This document shows, piece after piece, positions 18,753 through 28,244 of a DNA stretch of 64,000 nt. The position numbers and the translations under genes were made by a program. The notes beneath the pieces are model-generated. The model ran no database searches. It saw nothing but the letters and a program-made list of their open reading frames with translations, and was not told where the DNA came from. Location: NCBI GenBank assembly GCA_963742075.1, contig CAVUKR010000010.1, positions 24,572 through 88,571 of the forward strand. Reading direction: 5' to 3'. The DNA comes from an uncultured Chloroflexia bacterium (lineage in GTDB: Bacteria; Chloroflexota; Limnocylindria; Limnocylindrales; CSP1-4). The stretch's first letter is position 1. Every line of letters starts with the position of its first letter.

Positions 18753-19920
18753 CGAACGTCCCGGCCTGTCGGGCCTGACACCGGAGGCGCTGGCCGCCTG
18801 GCTGGCGGAGCGCGACGTCCCGGCGTACCGCGCCCGCCAGGTCGGCGACGCGGTCTGGGGCGGCGGCGTCGGGACGATCGACGCGGCGCTGACTCTGCCG
18901 GCCGCTCTCCGCGCCGAGCTTGACGGCGCGTTCCGGTTCGACACGGTCGTGGACACGGAGCTGCGTGTGGCCGACGGCGGACTGACCGAGAAGGCACTCC
19001 ACCGGCTCGGCGACGGTTCCCTCATCGAGTCGGTCCTGATGCATTACCCGGCACGAGCCGGATCGCGCGAGCGGCACACCCTGTGCATCTCGAGCCAGGC
19101 CGGCTGCGCGGTCGGCTGTCCGTTCTGCGCCACCGGCGAGCTCGGGTTCGGGCGCGACCTGGCGGTGGCCGAGATCGTGGACCAGGTGCGCTTCGCCTCG
19201 CGCCGGCTGGTCGCAGCCGGGCAGCGGCTGACCAACATCGTGTTCATGGGCATGGGCGAGCCGCTTCTCAACCTCGACCGCGTGCTGGCCGCCATCGAGG
19301 CGCTCAACGACCGCCGCCGGTTCGGGCTGGGGGCCCGGCACATCACGGTCTCGACGTCGGGGGTCGTCCCCGGCATCCGCCGCCTCACGGCGCTCGGGCC
19401 GCAGTTCACGCTGGCGGTCTCGCTCCACGCCGCGCGCGACCCGTTGCGTGACGTGCTCGTGCCGCTCAACCGGCGCTGGCCGGTCGCCGAGGTCGTGGCG
19501 GCAGCACGCGACCACGCGGCGGCGACGGGCCGGCGGATCAGCTACGAGGTCACGATGATCGGCGGCGTCAACGACACCGAGACTGACGCAGCGGCGATGG
19601 TCGACCTGTTGCGTGGCGATCACGCCCACGTCAACCTGATCCCGATGAATCCGGTGGCGCACACCCCGTGGACCGCGAGCGCGATGCCCGTCATCGAGCT
19701 CTTCGCGTCGACACTCCGGGCCGCCGGCATCCAGACCACGATCCGCCGGAACCGTGGCCAGGAGGTCGGCGCCGCCTGCGGCCAGCTCGCGGCGGAGCGG
19801 GCCGGCGAACCGCCGGCGCCGGCGGTCGCCCGACGCCGCGCCCGGCTCGTCGCCGAGAGCGCGGCCGCGTTGCTCGGCGAACGCAGTCACGAGCCGGCGC
19901 CGACCGGGGTGGGGGAGTAG
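18742..19920 (+). CDS. rlmN: 23S rRNA m2A2503 / tRNA methyltransferase (radical SAM)
   Basis: CISSQAGCAVGCPFC, VFMGMGEP, SLHA, VNLIPMN, AACGQL. Confidence 0.95.
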   Translation: MGPDERPGLSGLTPEALAAWLAERDVPAYRARQVGDAVWGGGVGTIDAALTLPAALRAELDGAFRFDTVVDTELRVADGGLTEKALHRLGDGSLIESVLMHYPARAGSRERHTLCISSQAGCAVGCPFCATGELGFGRDLAVAEIVDQVRFASRRLVAAGQRLTNIVFMGMGEPLLNLDRVLAAIEALNDRRRFGLGARHITVSTSGVVPGIRRLTALGPQFTLAVSLHAARDPLRDVLVPLNRRWPVAEVVAAARDHAAATGRRISYEVTMIGGVNDTETDAAAMVDLLRGDHAHVNLIPMNPVAHTPWTASAMPVIELFASTLRAAGIQTTIRRNRGQEVGAACGQLAAERAGEPPAPAVARRRARLVAESAAALLGERSHEPAPTGVGE

Positions 19921-19922
19921 CG

Positions 19923-20918
19923 GTGGCCGGCGGTCGGGCGCGCGCGGCGGTGAGCATCCTCGATGCCGATCTATCGAACCTCGCCTACGCCATCCGACGC
20001 GCCCAGGCGGCCGGCGCCGACCGGATCCACCTCGACGTGATGGACGCGCACTTCGTCCCGAACCTGACGTTCGGCGCCAGGACCATCAAGCACCTGCGCC
20101 CGCGGACCGAGCTGCCGTTCGACGCCCACCTGATGGTCGACGAGCCGGGGCGATTCATCGACGAATACCTCGACGCCGGCTGCGACTCGATCACCTTCCA
20201 CGTCGAGATAGAGGAGGAGATCGCCCCCACGCTGCGGAAGATCCGCGCGGCCGGGCGGGCGGCCGGACTGGCGGTCAAGCCGGCGACGCCGCTGTCGGCG
20301 CTGGAGCCGTACCGCGAGCTCCTCGACATCGTCCTTGTCATGACCGTCGAGCCGGGCTTCGGCGGCCAATCGTTCATGAAGGACGTCGCGAAGGAGAAGC
20401 TCCTCGCGGCGCGCGACCTCCTGCGCCACAAGGCATTCGGCGGCGAGGTGCACGTCGACGGCGGGGTCAACCGCGAGACCGCCGAGTTCGCCGGCGGGCT
20501 CGGCGTCGACGTCCTCGTCGTCGGCTCGGTGCTGTGGCAGAAGAACCACGACATGGGGCGCGAGATCCGGCTCATCCGCGCGCTCGCTGACGAGGGCTAC
20601 CAGTACACGCTCAATGACGGAGTGCCGCCGATCCCGCGCGACAAGATGGTCACGTTCACGTCGCTCCCGCTCCATCTCGCGAAGCGATTGATGGACCGGA
20701 TCGAGGCAGGCGGCGTGCCTGTCGTGATGCTCCGCGGCGATGGCCAGATGAACCCCGATGGTGTCCGCGACTACGACCTGCTCGTGCCGGCCACGGTCGA
20801 GGCGCTCGTCGTCGACCGGCACGCCGATGAGCGGACCGCGTATGCCCGGGATGCCGAGGCGTGGCGCGAGACCTTCATCGCCGAGCACGGCATCATCCCG
20901 CCGCCCAGCCACCCGTGA
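19923..20918 (+). CDS. rpe: Ribulose-phosphate 3-epimerase with about 110 aa C-terminal extension
   Basis: [39 protein letters not shown]. Confidence 0.9.
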   Translation: MAGGRARAAVSILDADLSNLAYAIRRAQAAGADRIHLDVMDAHFVPNLTFGARTIKHLRPRTELPFDAHLMVDEPGRFIDEYLDAGCDSITFHVEIEEEIAPTLRKIRAAGRAAGLAVKPATPLSALEPYRELLDIVLVMTVEPGFGGQSFMKDVAKEKLLAARDLLRHKAFGGEVHVDGGVNRETAEFAGGLGVDVLVVGSVLWQKNHDMGREIRLIRALADEGYQYTLNDGVPPIPRDKMVTFTSLPLHLAKRLMDRIEAGGVPVVMLRGDGQMNPDGVRDYDLLVPATVEALVVDRHADERTAYARDAEAWRETFIAEHGIIPPPSHP

Positions 20919-21361
20919 GGGCGCTGCTCCAGCGGACCACCGGGGCCGAGGTCCGGGTCGCCGGCGAGATGGTGGGCGCGATCGGCGACGGGCTGGTCAT
21001 CCTGCTGGGTGTCGGGCCGGAAGACACCGAGGCGACGGCCCGGGAACTCGCGCGCAAGACGGCCGAGCTCCGGATCTTCCGCGACGAGGCGGGACGCACG
21101 AACCGCTCGCTGCTCGACGTCGGCGGCGAGGCATTGGTCGTCTCGCAGTTCACGCTGTTCGCCGACACGCGGCGCGGCCGGCGGCCCGGGTTCACCGGCG
21201 GTGCGGCACCGGAGCTGGCGGAGCAGCTCTACGGTTTGTTCTGCGACGCGCTGCGGGCGCTGGGTGTGGGCGTGGCGACCGGTCGGTTCGGCGCGGAGAT
21301 GGCGGTGGGCCTGGTCAACGACGGCCCGTTCACGATCTGGCTCGACACCGCGGATCGGTAG
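20915..21361 (+). CDS. dtd: D-aminoacyl-tRNA deacylase
   Basis: MRALLQR, SQFTL, GRRPGF, GRFGAEM, NDGPFT. Confidence 0.95.
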   Translation: MRALLQRTTGAEVRVAGEMVGAIGDGLVILLGVGPEDTEATARELARKTAELRIFRDEAGRTNRSLLDVGGEALVVSQFTLFADTRRGRRPGFTGGAAPELAEQLYGLFCDALRALGVGVATGRFGAEMAVGLVNDGPFTIWLDTADR

Positions 21362-21427
21362 ACGCAGTCTCGGGTCAGCAGGGTCGCGGGCTGTTTCGCC
21401 GTCGAGCGAAGCGGATACTCTCGCCGG

Positions 21428-22090
21428 ATGGAGGAACGATCAGGTCCCGACGAGTCCCGCGACGACCGGTCGAGCCCGATCGAACGCCGTCGTGGCCCCG
21501 AGCGTCTCGAGGCGTTCAGCGACGGCGTGCTGGCCATCGCGATCACACTGCTCGTGCTCGAGATCCGCGTGCCGCCGGCTGAGGACCTGGCGGATCCCGA
21601 CAGACTGGTCCAGGCTCTCGGAGCCCTCTGGCCGAGCTACCTTGGCTACCTGATCAGCTTCGTGACGGTGGGGATCATCTGGGCGAACCACCACAATCTC
21701 TTCCGCCTCGTGGACCGGGTCAGCCATGGCCTGATCCTCGGAAACCTCCTGCTCCTGCTGACGGTGGGGTTCCTGCCGTTCCCGACGGCGCTGCTGGCCG
21801 CGACGCTGGACACGGCGAGCGCCCAGATCGGGGTGCTCATCTATGCCGGGACCTTCGTGGTCGTCGCCATCGCGTTCAACGTCCTGTGGTACGAGATCCG
21901 CCACCGGCCCGGGGTCCTCCGCCCGGAGGTCGACTCGTGGTCCGTGGCGGCGATCACCCGCAGCTATCGACTCGGCCCGCCCGGTTACCTGATCGCCTTC
22001 GTCGGAGCGCTGATCAGCCCGGCGCTGGGCATGGCCGTGATCGTCGTCCTGACGTTGCTGTACCTGCTGCCGTCGTCGTCGGGCGCCTAG
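21428..22090 (+). CDS. TMEM175-family (DUF1211) potassium channel
   Basis: RLEAFSDGVLAIAITLLVLEI, WPSYLGYLISF, WANHH. Confidence 0.88.
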   Translation: MEERSGPDESRDDRSSPIERRRGPERLEAFSDGVLAIAITLLVLEIRVPPAEDLADPDRLVQALGALWPSYLGYLISFVTVGIIWANHHNLFRLVDRVSHGLILGNLLLLLTVGFLPFPTALLAATLDTASAQIGVLIYAGTFVVVAIAFNVLWYEIRHRPGVLRPEVDSWSVAAITRSYRLGPPGYLIAFVGALISPALGMAVIVVLTLLYLLPSSSGA

Positions 22091-22353
22091 TCGCGCGGCT
22101 GCAACCGGTGGCTGGTGCTGATCTCGACGCGGCCGCGCTCGTCCGCCGCCGGATGCTCGACCAGGGCGATGAGCCGATTGGCCATGAACCGCCCGGTCCG
22201 GACCGGGACGCCGGTCCGCGTGACCTCGCGGACCTCGACCACGCCACGGCTCGTGACGACCTCGATCCGACGACCGGCCTTGGTCGCGACGATCTCGAAC
22301 GTCTGGACGCCCTGGCCGGTGTCGACCATGGCTTCGACTCGGTCGCCCTTCAT
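22087..22353 (-). CDS. Small hypothetical beta-rich protein (88 aa)
   Basis: TAGCAT hexamer 7 nt before the ATG; coding-type codon usage; stop overlaps the TMEM175 stop in CTAG. Confidence 0.7.
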   Translation of the reverse strand: MKGDRVEAMVDTGQGVQTFEIVATKAGRRIEVVTSRGVVEVREVTRTGVPVRTGRFMANRLIALVEHPAADERGRVEISTSHRLQPRD

Positions 22354-22486
22354 GGGGGCCATGCTAGTCCTGTCGAAGCCCGCCAATTCGTGCCGGATAG
22401 TCCCGGGAGACCATTGGGCGGGATCTCATTGGCTCCCCGTGGCCGCGGCTCTCGGCCACGCGCGGCGCGGAACCGGTCCCAGCCGG

Positions 22487-22684
22487 CTACTTGGCCGCCT
22501 TGAGCAGCGTGCGCCGGCAGCGCGTGCAGACGAGCGTCTTCGTCGGGACGCCCTTCTGGTCGATGACGAGCGGCTGGAGATTGGGCTTCATCCGGCGGTG
22601 GGCTCGAACGCGGTTCATCCCCGACGACTGGGGATTGAAGCCGCCCATCGAGACCTTGCCGCAGATCGCGCAGGAGCGGGCCAT
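22487..22684 (-). CDS. rpmB: 50S ribosomal protein L28 (zinc-ribbon form)
   Basis: MARSCAICGK, RRMKPNLQ, VCTRCRR; SD AGAGGA. Confidence 0.92.
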   Translation of the reverse strand: MARSCAICGKVSMGGFNPQSSGMNRVRAHRRMKPNLQPLVIDQKGVPTKTLVCTRCRRTLLKAAK

Positions 22685-22745
22685 GCGTGGTCCTCTGGAA
22701 GTCGGGTTGGGATGTGAGGTGCCCGGGATGGCCCGAGCGGAGCGG

Positions 22746-22752
22746 TAGAATA
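22746..22752. promoter_or_regulatory. Overlapping divergent -10 elements: TAGAAT (+, asp23-fakA-recG) and TG-C-TATTCT (-, rpmB)
   Basis: TAGAATA reads as TAnnnT on both strands between divergent genes. Confidence 0.55.
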
Positions 22753-22819
22753 GCACACGGCCTCCCGACGGCCTCGTCCGGACGACGCCCGACCACCACC
22801 CCACGAGGACCTCGCCCGC

Positions 22820-23242
22820 GTGCCGACCCAGCCCACTCCCGGCCGATCGCTCGTGACACGCCATGCCGTCGTCGACCTCGTCCGAACCGCGACCGTCGGC
22901 TCCTACGGCGTGACGGGCTTCGGCGGCCGGCCGCTCGACCGCCTGCTGGGCCGCCTCGGGCTGACCCAGCCCGGGGTCGCCGTCCACCTCGGCGACGGGC
23001 TCGACATCGAGCTCGACCTGACCGTCGCGTACGGGGTCCCGATCGCCGAGGTCGCTCGCCAGGTCGATTCGGCGGTCCGCTACGCGCTGCGACGCGCGCT
23101 CGATCGCGAGGTGCGCCGGCTGACGATCCACATCGACGGACTGCGCTTCGGGCCCGGTGGCGAGCCGCCATCGGTGCTCCATGCCGATCCGGAGGCCATC
23201 GGGCCGCGCGAGCTGGCGGACAGCGGCACGGACGTGGCCTGA
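22820..23242 (+). CDS. Asp23/Gls24 family protein (YloU-like)
   Basis: SYGVTG, IELDLTVAYGVPIAEVARQV; directly upstream of a DAK2 gene. Confidence 0.85.
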   Translation: MPTQPTPGRSLVTRHAVVDLVRTATVGSYGVTGFGGRPLDRLLGRLGLTQPGVAVHLGDGLDIELDLTVAYGVPIAEVARQVDSAVRYALRRALDREVRRLTIHIDGLRFGPGGEPPSVLHADPEAIGPRELADSGTDVA

Positions 23243-24924
23243 TGGCCCGTCGCGCATGCGACGGAGACGGACTGCTCGGCGCGTTCCGGGCGGCCGTCAT
23301 GAACCTCGAGGCGCATGTCGACGAGGTCAATGCGCTCAACGTCTACCCGGTCCCCGACGGCGACACCGGCTCCAACATGCTGGCGACCGTGCGGGCCGCG
23401 CTGGTCGAAGCCGAGGGCGCCGCAGGTCAGCCCGCCGAACGGATCGCGGCGGCGATCAGCTTCGGGGCGTTGATGGGCGCCCGCGGGAACTCCGGGGTCA
23501 TCACCAGCCAGATCTTCCGCGGGATGGCCGAGGCGCTCGGAGGCAAGAGCCGGTTCAATGGCCTCGACCTCGCACACGCCCTGTCGCAGGGCGCCCGGAC
23601 CGCCTACGGCGCAGTCGCGAAGCCGGTCGAGGGCACGATCCTGACCGTGATCCGCGAATCGGCCGATGCCGCCGTCGCCGCCGCCGAGCACGATGACGAC
23701 ATCGAGACCGTCCTCGCCGCGACGCTCGACGCGGCCGAGAAGTCCGTCGCGCGGACGCCCAGCCTGCTCGCGGTCCTGCGTGAGGCGGGCGTCGTCGACT
23801 CGGGCGGACAGGGGCTCTACCGGCTCTTCCAGGGGGCACTCCTCCACCTGGTCGGCCGGTCGCCCGCGTCGGTGGCGCGCGATCGGGCACACGCGGGCGC
23901 CGGGGCGAAGCCGTCGACGCTGGTCGCGCACGCCGACGAGGGCTTCGGCTACGAGACGATGTTCCTGCTCCAGCCCAATGGGGCCGGGAGCCTCGACGTC
24001 GACGCCATCCGCGACCACCTCGAGTCGATCGGGGAGTCGGTCCTCGTGGCCGGCGACACCCGAGCGCTCAAGGTCCACGTCCACAACGAGCGCCCGGACC
24101 TCGTGGTCGGCTACGGCCTCAGCCTCGGCGCGCTGAGCCGGATCAGCATCGAGAACCTCGACAACCAGGCGCGCGACGTGCGCGAGACGCGGGCGGTGGC
24201 GTTCACCTCGGACGCCATCGCGAACGCGCCACCCGACCAGTCCCACCCGGTGCGGACCGCCGACCGCCCAGCGCTCGGTGTCGTCAGCGTCGTCGCCGGC
24301 GACGGACTCGCCGCGATCTTCCGCGACTTCGGCGTCGCGGCGGTCGTCCAGGGCGGACAGTCTGCTAATCCGAGCACCGGCGAGCTGCTCGCGGCGATCA
24401 CCCCGGTCGAGGCCCGCGAGATCATCCTCCTGCCGAACAATCCGAACGTCGTCCTCGCCGCGCGCCAGGTCGCGGCCATGACCGACCGGCCGATCGTCGT
24501 CGTCCCGACCCGCAATGCCGCCGAGGGGTTCGCGGCGCTGCTGGCACTCGACCCGAGCCTCGACGCCGCGGCGAACGCCGGCCCGATGGCCGAGGCCGGC
24601 CGCGGGATCCAGACGCTGGTCGTGACAGAGGCCGTGCGCGACGCGACGATCGGTGGCCGCAAGGTCAAGCGTGGCCACACGATGGCACTTGGTCCCGACG
24701 ACGGCCTCGTCGCGAGCGACAGCGACCGCGAGAAGGCCGTTCTCGCCGCGGTCACGTCCCTCGCACCCGGCTTCGAGCTGCTGACCCTGTTCTACGGCGA
24801 TGGCGCCGACCTGGACGAGGCTGAGGGGATGGCGCGGCGGATCGGCTCGGCGCTCTCCGGCGTCGAGGTCGAGGTCCGTCACGGCGGTCAGCCGTTCTAC
24901 CGGTATCTCATCTCCGCCGAGTAG
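23242..24924 (+). CDS. fakA: DAK2-domain fatty acid kinase subunit A (YloV/FakA)
   Basis: LNVYPVPDGDTGSNM, GARGNSGVI, PVEGTILTV, VVDSGG, GGQSANPST, LPNNPN, GGQPFY. Confidence 0.9.
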   Translation: MARRACDGDGLLGAFRAAVMNLEAHVDEVNALNVYPVPDGDTGSNMLATVRAALVEAEGAAGQPAERIAAAISFGALMGARGNSGVITSQIFRGMAEALGGKSRFNGLDLAHALSQGARTAYGAVAKPVEGTILTVIRESADAAVAAAEHDDDIETVLAATLDAAEKSVARTPSLLAVLREAGVVDSGGQGLYRLFQGALLHLVGRSPASVARDRAHAGAGAKPSTLVAHADEGFGYETMFLLQPNGAGSLDVDAIRDHLESIGESVLVAGDTRALKVHVHNERPDLVVGYGLSLGALSRISIENLDNQARDVRETRAVAFTSDAIANAPPDQSHPVRTADRPALGVVSVVAGDGLAAIFRDFGVAAVVQGGQSANPSTGELLAAITPVEAREIILLPNNPNVVLAARQVAAMTDRPIVVVPTRNAAEGFAALLALDPSLDAAANAGPMAEAGRGIQTLVVTEAVRDATIGGRKVKRGHTMALGPDDGLVASDSDREKAVLAAVTSLAPGFELLTLFYGDGADLDEAEGMARRIGSALSGVEVEVRHGGQPFYRYLISAE

Positions 24925-24926
24925 GC

Positions 24927-27101
24927 GTGGCGAAGGCGACGAGCCCGGCGAAGCCACCGACCGACCCGGTCGACCTGCTCTCGACCCCGTTGGCCGCATC
25001 GGGCCTTGCCGCCGGGGCGGTCCTGCGACGGGCCGGGATCAAGCTCGACTTCTACACGGTCCGCGACCTGCTCTTCCATCTGCCGCGGCGGTATGACGAC
25101 CTGCGCGAGATGCGCAAGCTCGGCGACCTGGCCTGGGTCGAGGACGGGACAGTGGTCTCGGCGCGCGTCAGGGTCGCCGACGTCCGGGTCGAGCCCACCT
25201 TCCGCCGACGCGTCCAGCGGACCATCGTCCGTCTCGAGGACGAGACGGGGAGCATCGACGCCACGTGGTTCGGCCGGCGCTACATCGAGCGTCGGCTCCA
25301 GGTCGACGGCGAGATCGTGGTGTCCGGCAAGGTCAAGCATTTCGGTCGCCGCCTGACTTTCGACAACCCCGAGTTCCAGGTGATGACCGAGGAGACCGCG
25401 CTCCTCCACGCGGGCCGGATCGTCCCGGTCTACCCGCTGACCGCCGGGCTCACCGCGGCCCGGTTGCGCGCCGCGATCCGCGAGGCGCTCGACAAGGCCG
25501 GCTACGCGTACCCGGAGTACCTGCCTGCGGCGATCGCCGCCGAGGAGGGGCTGGTGCCCATCGCACGGGCGATCGAGGAGGCCCACTACCCGGATTCGTT
25601 CGAGGGTCGTGACGCCGCCCTGCGCCGCCTCGCCTTCGACGAACTGCTCGCACTCCAGCTCGGGATGGTCGCCCGGCGCCGGCAGCGGGTCCGCGATGCC
25701 GCCCCCATCCTGGCGGTCGACGACGCCTCGGCCGACGCGATCCGTGCCTCGCTGGAAGGATCCCTCTCGACCCGCCTGGGCCACGACGTCGCGTTGACCG
25801 GCGACCAGGCGGCGGCGATGGCAGCCATCCGGGACGACCTGGCCCGCCCGACGCCGATGCTCCGGCTGCTCCAGGGCGACGTCGGGTCGGGCAAGACCGC
25901 GGTCGCGGCGTATGCGCTGGCGGCCGCGGCGCGGGCGGGGTTCCAGGGCGCCCTCCTGGCCCCGACCGACCTCCTGGCCCGGCAGCATCTCGAGACGATC
26001 GGCGGCCTGCTCGATGGGCTCGGGCTCGGCGTGACGCTGCTGACCGGATCGCTCTCGGCCGACACGAAGGCCAAGGCATCCGAGGCGATCCGCGCCGGCC
26101 AGGCCGCGGTCGTCGTCGGGACCCACGCGCTGATCCAGGAGTCGGTGACCTTCCGTGACCTCGGCCTGGTCGTGATCGATGAGCAGCATCGCTTCGGCGT
26201 CGAGCAGCGTGGCCAGCTTGAGGCGAAGGCCGGCGGCCGCGCCCCACACGTCCTGCTGATGACCGCGACGCCCATCCCGCGGACGCTCGGCCAGGTCCTC
26301 TACGCGGACCTCGACGTCTCGGACCTGCGGACGCCGCCCGCAGGCCGCGTCCCGATCCGGACCGGGATCCGCCGCCCGGACGACCTGGACGGCACGTGGC
26401 GCAGGGTCGCCGCGGAGGCGGCCCTGGGGCACCAGACGTTCGTCGTCGTGCCGCTCATCGAGGAGAGCGGCGACGAGGGCGACGGCGCGGTCGCGGCCGA
26501 GAGCGAGGCGGTCCGGCTCGCGGCACTCCTCGCGCCGCTCCGGGTCGGGCTCGTCCACGGGCGGATGAAGCCCGCCGCGCGCGACGCCGAGATGACCCGC
26601 TTCCGCGATGGCGAGCTCGACGTGCTGGTCGGTACGACCGTGGTCGAGGTCGGGGTGGACGTCCCGGCCGCGACGATGATGGTCGTCGAGGGCGCCGACC
26701 GCTTCGGGCTCGCCCAGCTCCACCAGCTGCGGGGACGAGTCGGCCGCGGGTCCGTCGAATCGTTCTGCGTCCTCGTCTCCGACTCGAGCGACGAGGTCGC
26801 GCAGGCGCGGCTCAAGGCCGTCGCAGAGCTGCGCGATGGGTTCGAGCTTGCCGAGAAGGACTTCGAGCTGCGCAAGGAAGGCGACGTCCTCGGCCTCGCC
26901 CAGAGCGGGTTCCCGCGCCTGCGGGTCGCCTCGCTCCAGGTCCCCGAGCACCGCGAGCTTGCGGTCCGGGCGCGTGCGCACGCGGAGGCGCTGCTCGACG
27001 GTGCGGGCGCGATGGCTCCCGCCCGCCCGGCGCTCGTCGCGGAGCTCGAGGGTGGCTGGCTCCGGCGCGTGGCAGCCGGTGAGCCGGCGAGCGGGACGTG
27101 A
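24927..27101 (+). CDS. recG: ATP-dependent DNA helicase RecG
   Basis: LLQGDVGSGKT, GTHALIQ, IDEQHRFGVEQR, MTATPIPRT, HGRM, QLHQLRGRVGRG. Confidence 0.97.
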   Translation: MAKATSPAKPPTDPVDLLSTPLAASGLAAGAVLRRAGIKLDFYTVRDLLFHLPRRYDDLREMRKLGDLAWVEDGTVVSARVRVADVRVEPTFRRRVQRTIVRLEDETGSIDATWFGRRYIERRLQVDGEIVVSGKVKHFGRRLTFDNPEFQVMTEETALLHAGRIVPVYPLTAGLTAARLRAAIREALDKAGYAYPEYLPAAIAAEEGLVPIARAIEEAHYPDSFEGRDAALRRLAFDELLALQLGMVARRRQRVRDAAPILAVDDASADAIRASLEGSLSTRLGHDVALTGDQAAAMAAIRDDLARPTPMLRLLQGDVGSGKTAVAAYALAAAARAGFQGALLAPTDLLARQHLETIGGLLDGLGLGVTLLTGSLSADTKAKASEAIRAGQAAVVVGTHALIQESVTFRDLGLVVIDEQHRFGVEQRGQLEAKAGGRAPHVLLMTATPIPRTLGQVLYADLDVSDLRTPPAGRVPIRTGIRRPDDLDGTWRRVAAEAALGHQTFVVVPLIEESGDEGDGAVAAESEAVRLAALLAPLRVGLVHGRMKPAARDAEMTRFRDGELDVLVGTTVVEVGVDVPAATMMVVEGADRFGLAQLHQLRGRVGRGSVESFCVLVSDSSDEVAQARLKAVAELRDGFELAEKDFELRKEGDVLGLAQSGFPRLRVASLQVPEHRELAVRARAHAEALLDGAGAMAPARPALVAELEGGWLRRVAAGEPASGT

Positions 27102-27676
27102 CCGCCACCGACGCCGGTCGCGTGATCGCCGGCGCCGCGCGCGGCATCCGGCTGGACGCGCCGGGTCCCGGGACGCGGCCGCTGGCCGACCGCGTCAAGC
27201 AGACCCTCTTCGCGATCCTCGAACCCGACCTGCGCGGCGCCGTTGTCGTCGACCTCTTCGCAGGGTCGGGCGCGGCCGGGATCGAGGCGCTGTCGCGTGG
27301 CGCGGCGCACGCCACCTTCGTCGAGCACGACAAGGGAGCGGCCACGGTCATCGCCGCGAACCTCGCGCGGACCCACCTCGCAGGCGGCCGGGCGAGGATC
27401 GTCCGCGCCGATGTGCTCGGCTGGCTGGCGGGCCCGGACGCGGCCGAGGCCGGGCCGTTCGACATCGCTGTCCTCGATCCGCCGTATGCCGACACCGTCT
27501 TGCTCGTCGCCGCACTCGAGGCGCTCGGGCCGCGCCTGACCCCGGACGCCCGGGTCGTGGCCAAGCACTTCTGGCGCGACGCCCCGCCGGCCCGCGTCGG
27601 GCTGCTAGCATCCGAGCGCGAACGCCGCTTCGGCGAGACGACGCTGACCTTCTACCGGCGAGCGGAGGATCGATGA
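27098..27676 (+). CDS. rsmD: 16S rRNA m2G966 methyltransferase
   Basis: RVIAG, TRPLADRVK, DLFAGSGAAGIEALSRGA, DPPY. Confidence 0.92.
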   Translation: MTATDAGRVIAGAARGIRLDAPGPGTRPLADRVKQTLFAILEPDLRGAVVVDLFAGSGAAGIEALSRGAAHATFVEHDKGAATVIAANLARTHLAGGRARIVRADVLGWLAGPDAAEAGPFDIAVLDPPYADTVLLVAALEALGPRLTPDARVVAKHFWRDAPPARVGLLASERERRFGETTLTFYRRAEDR

Positions 27677-28173
27677 ACACGATCGCGGTCTATCCGGGCT
27701 CGTTCGACCCGATCACCAACGGTCATCTCGACATCGTGGCGCGGGCGCTGACCGTCTTCGACACGGTCATCGTGGCCGTGCTCGCCAATCCCCGGAAGAC
27801 GCCGCTCTTCTCGGTCGAGGAGCGCATCGCGATCATCGGCGGCGCCCTGGGGACGAGGCTGGGACCGCTGCTCGACCATCTCGAGGTCAAGGCATTCGAC
27901 GGCCTGACCGTCGATTTCGCCCGCGCCCAGGGAGCCAACGCGATCGTCCGCGGCCTGCGTGCGATCAGCGATTTCGAGACGGAGATGCAGCTCGCGCACA
28001 ACAACCGGGTACTCGCGCCGGAGCTCGACACCGTCTTCTTCATGACCGCCGTCGAGCACGGGTATGTCAGCTCGAGCCTGGTCAAGGAGATCGCCCGGTT
28101 CGGCGGCGACGTCTCGGGGATGGTCCCGGCCGCGGCTCGCGAGGCGCTGGTGCGGTCACTGGGGAGCCACTGA
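27673..28173 (+). CDS. coaD: Phosphopantetheine adenylyltransferase
   Basis: YPGSFDPITNGHLDI, IVRGLRAISDFE, VSSSLVKEIA. Confidence 0.97.
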   Translation: MNTIAVYPGSFDPITNGHLDIVARALTVFDTVIVAVLANPRKTPLFSVEERIAIIGGALGTRLGPLLDHLEVKAFDGLTVDFARAQGANAIVRGLRAISDFETEMQLAHNNRVLAPELDTVFFMTAVEHGYVSSSLVKEIARFGGDVSGMVPAAAREALVRSLGSH

Positions 28174-28244
28174 GGGCGACGCTCGCATGCGATACTTGAC
28201 AGCAGCCTGACCGACCCAGCCTCGACAGCCTGGAGGGCAGTCCG

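Noticed and set aside
18771-18788. 18-bp exact repeat GGGCCTGACACCGGAGGC, also at 31011-31028
   Set aside because: One copy is inside rlmN coding sequence; a single match of this length is plausible by chance in 64 kb of GC-rich DNA; no mobile element is associated.
22410-22440. CATTGG direct repeat upstream of the small hypothetical gene as an operator
   Set aside because: Only two 6-mers, with no regulator nearby; insufficient support.
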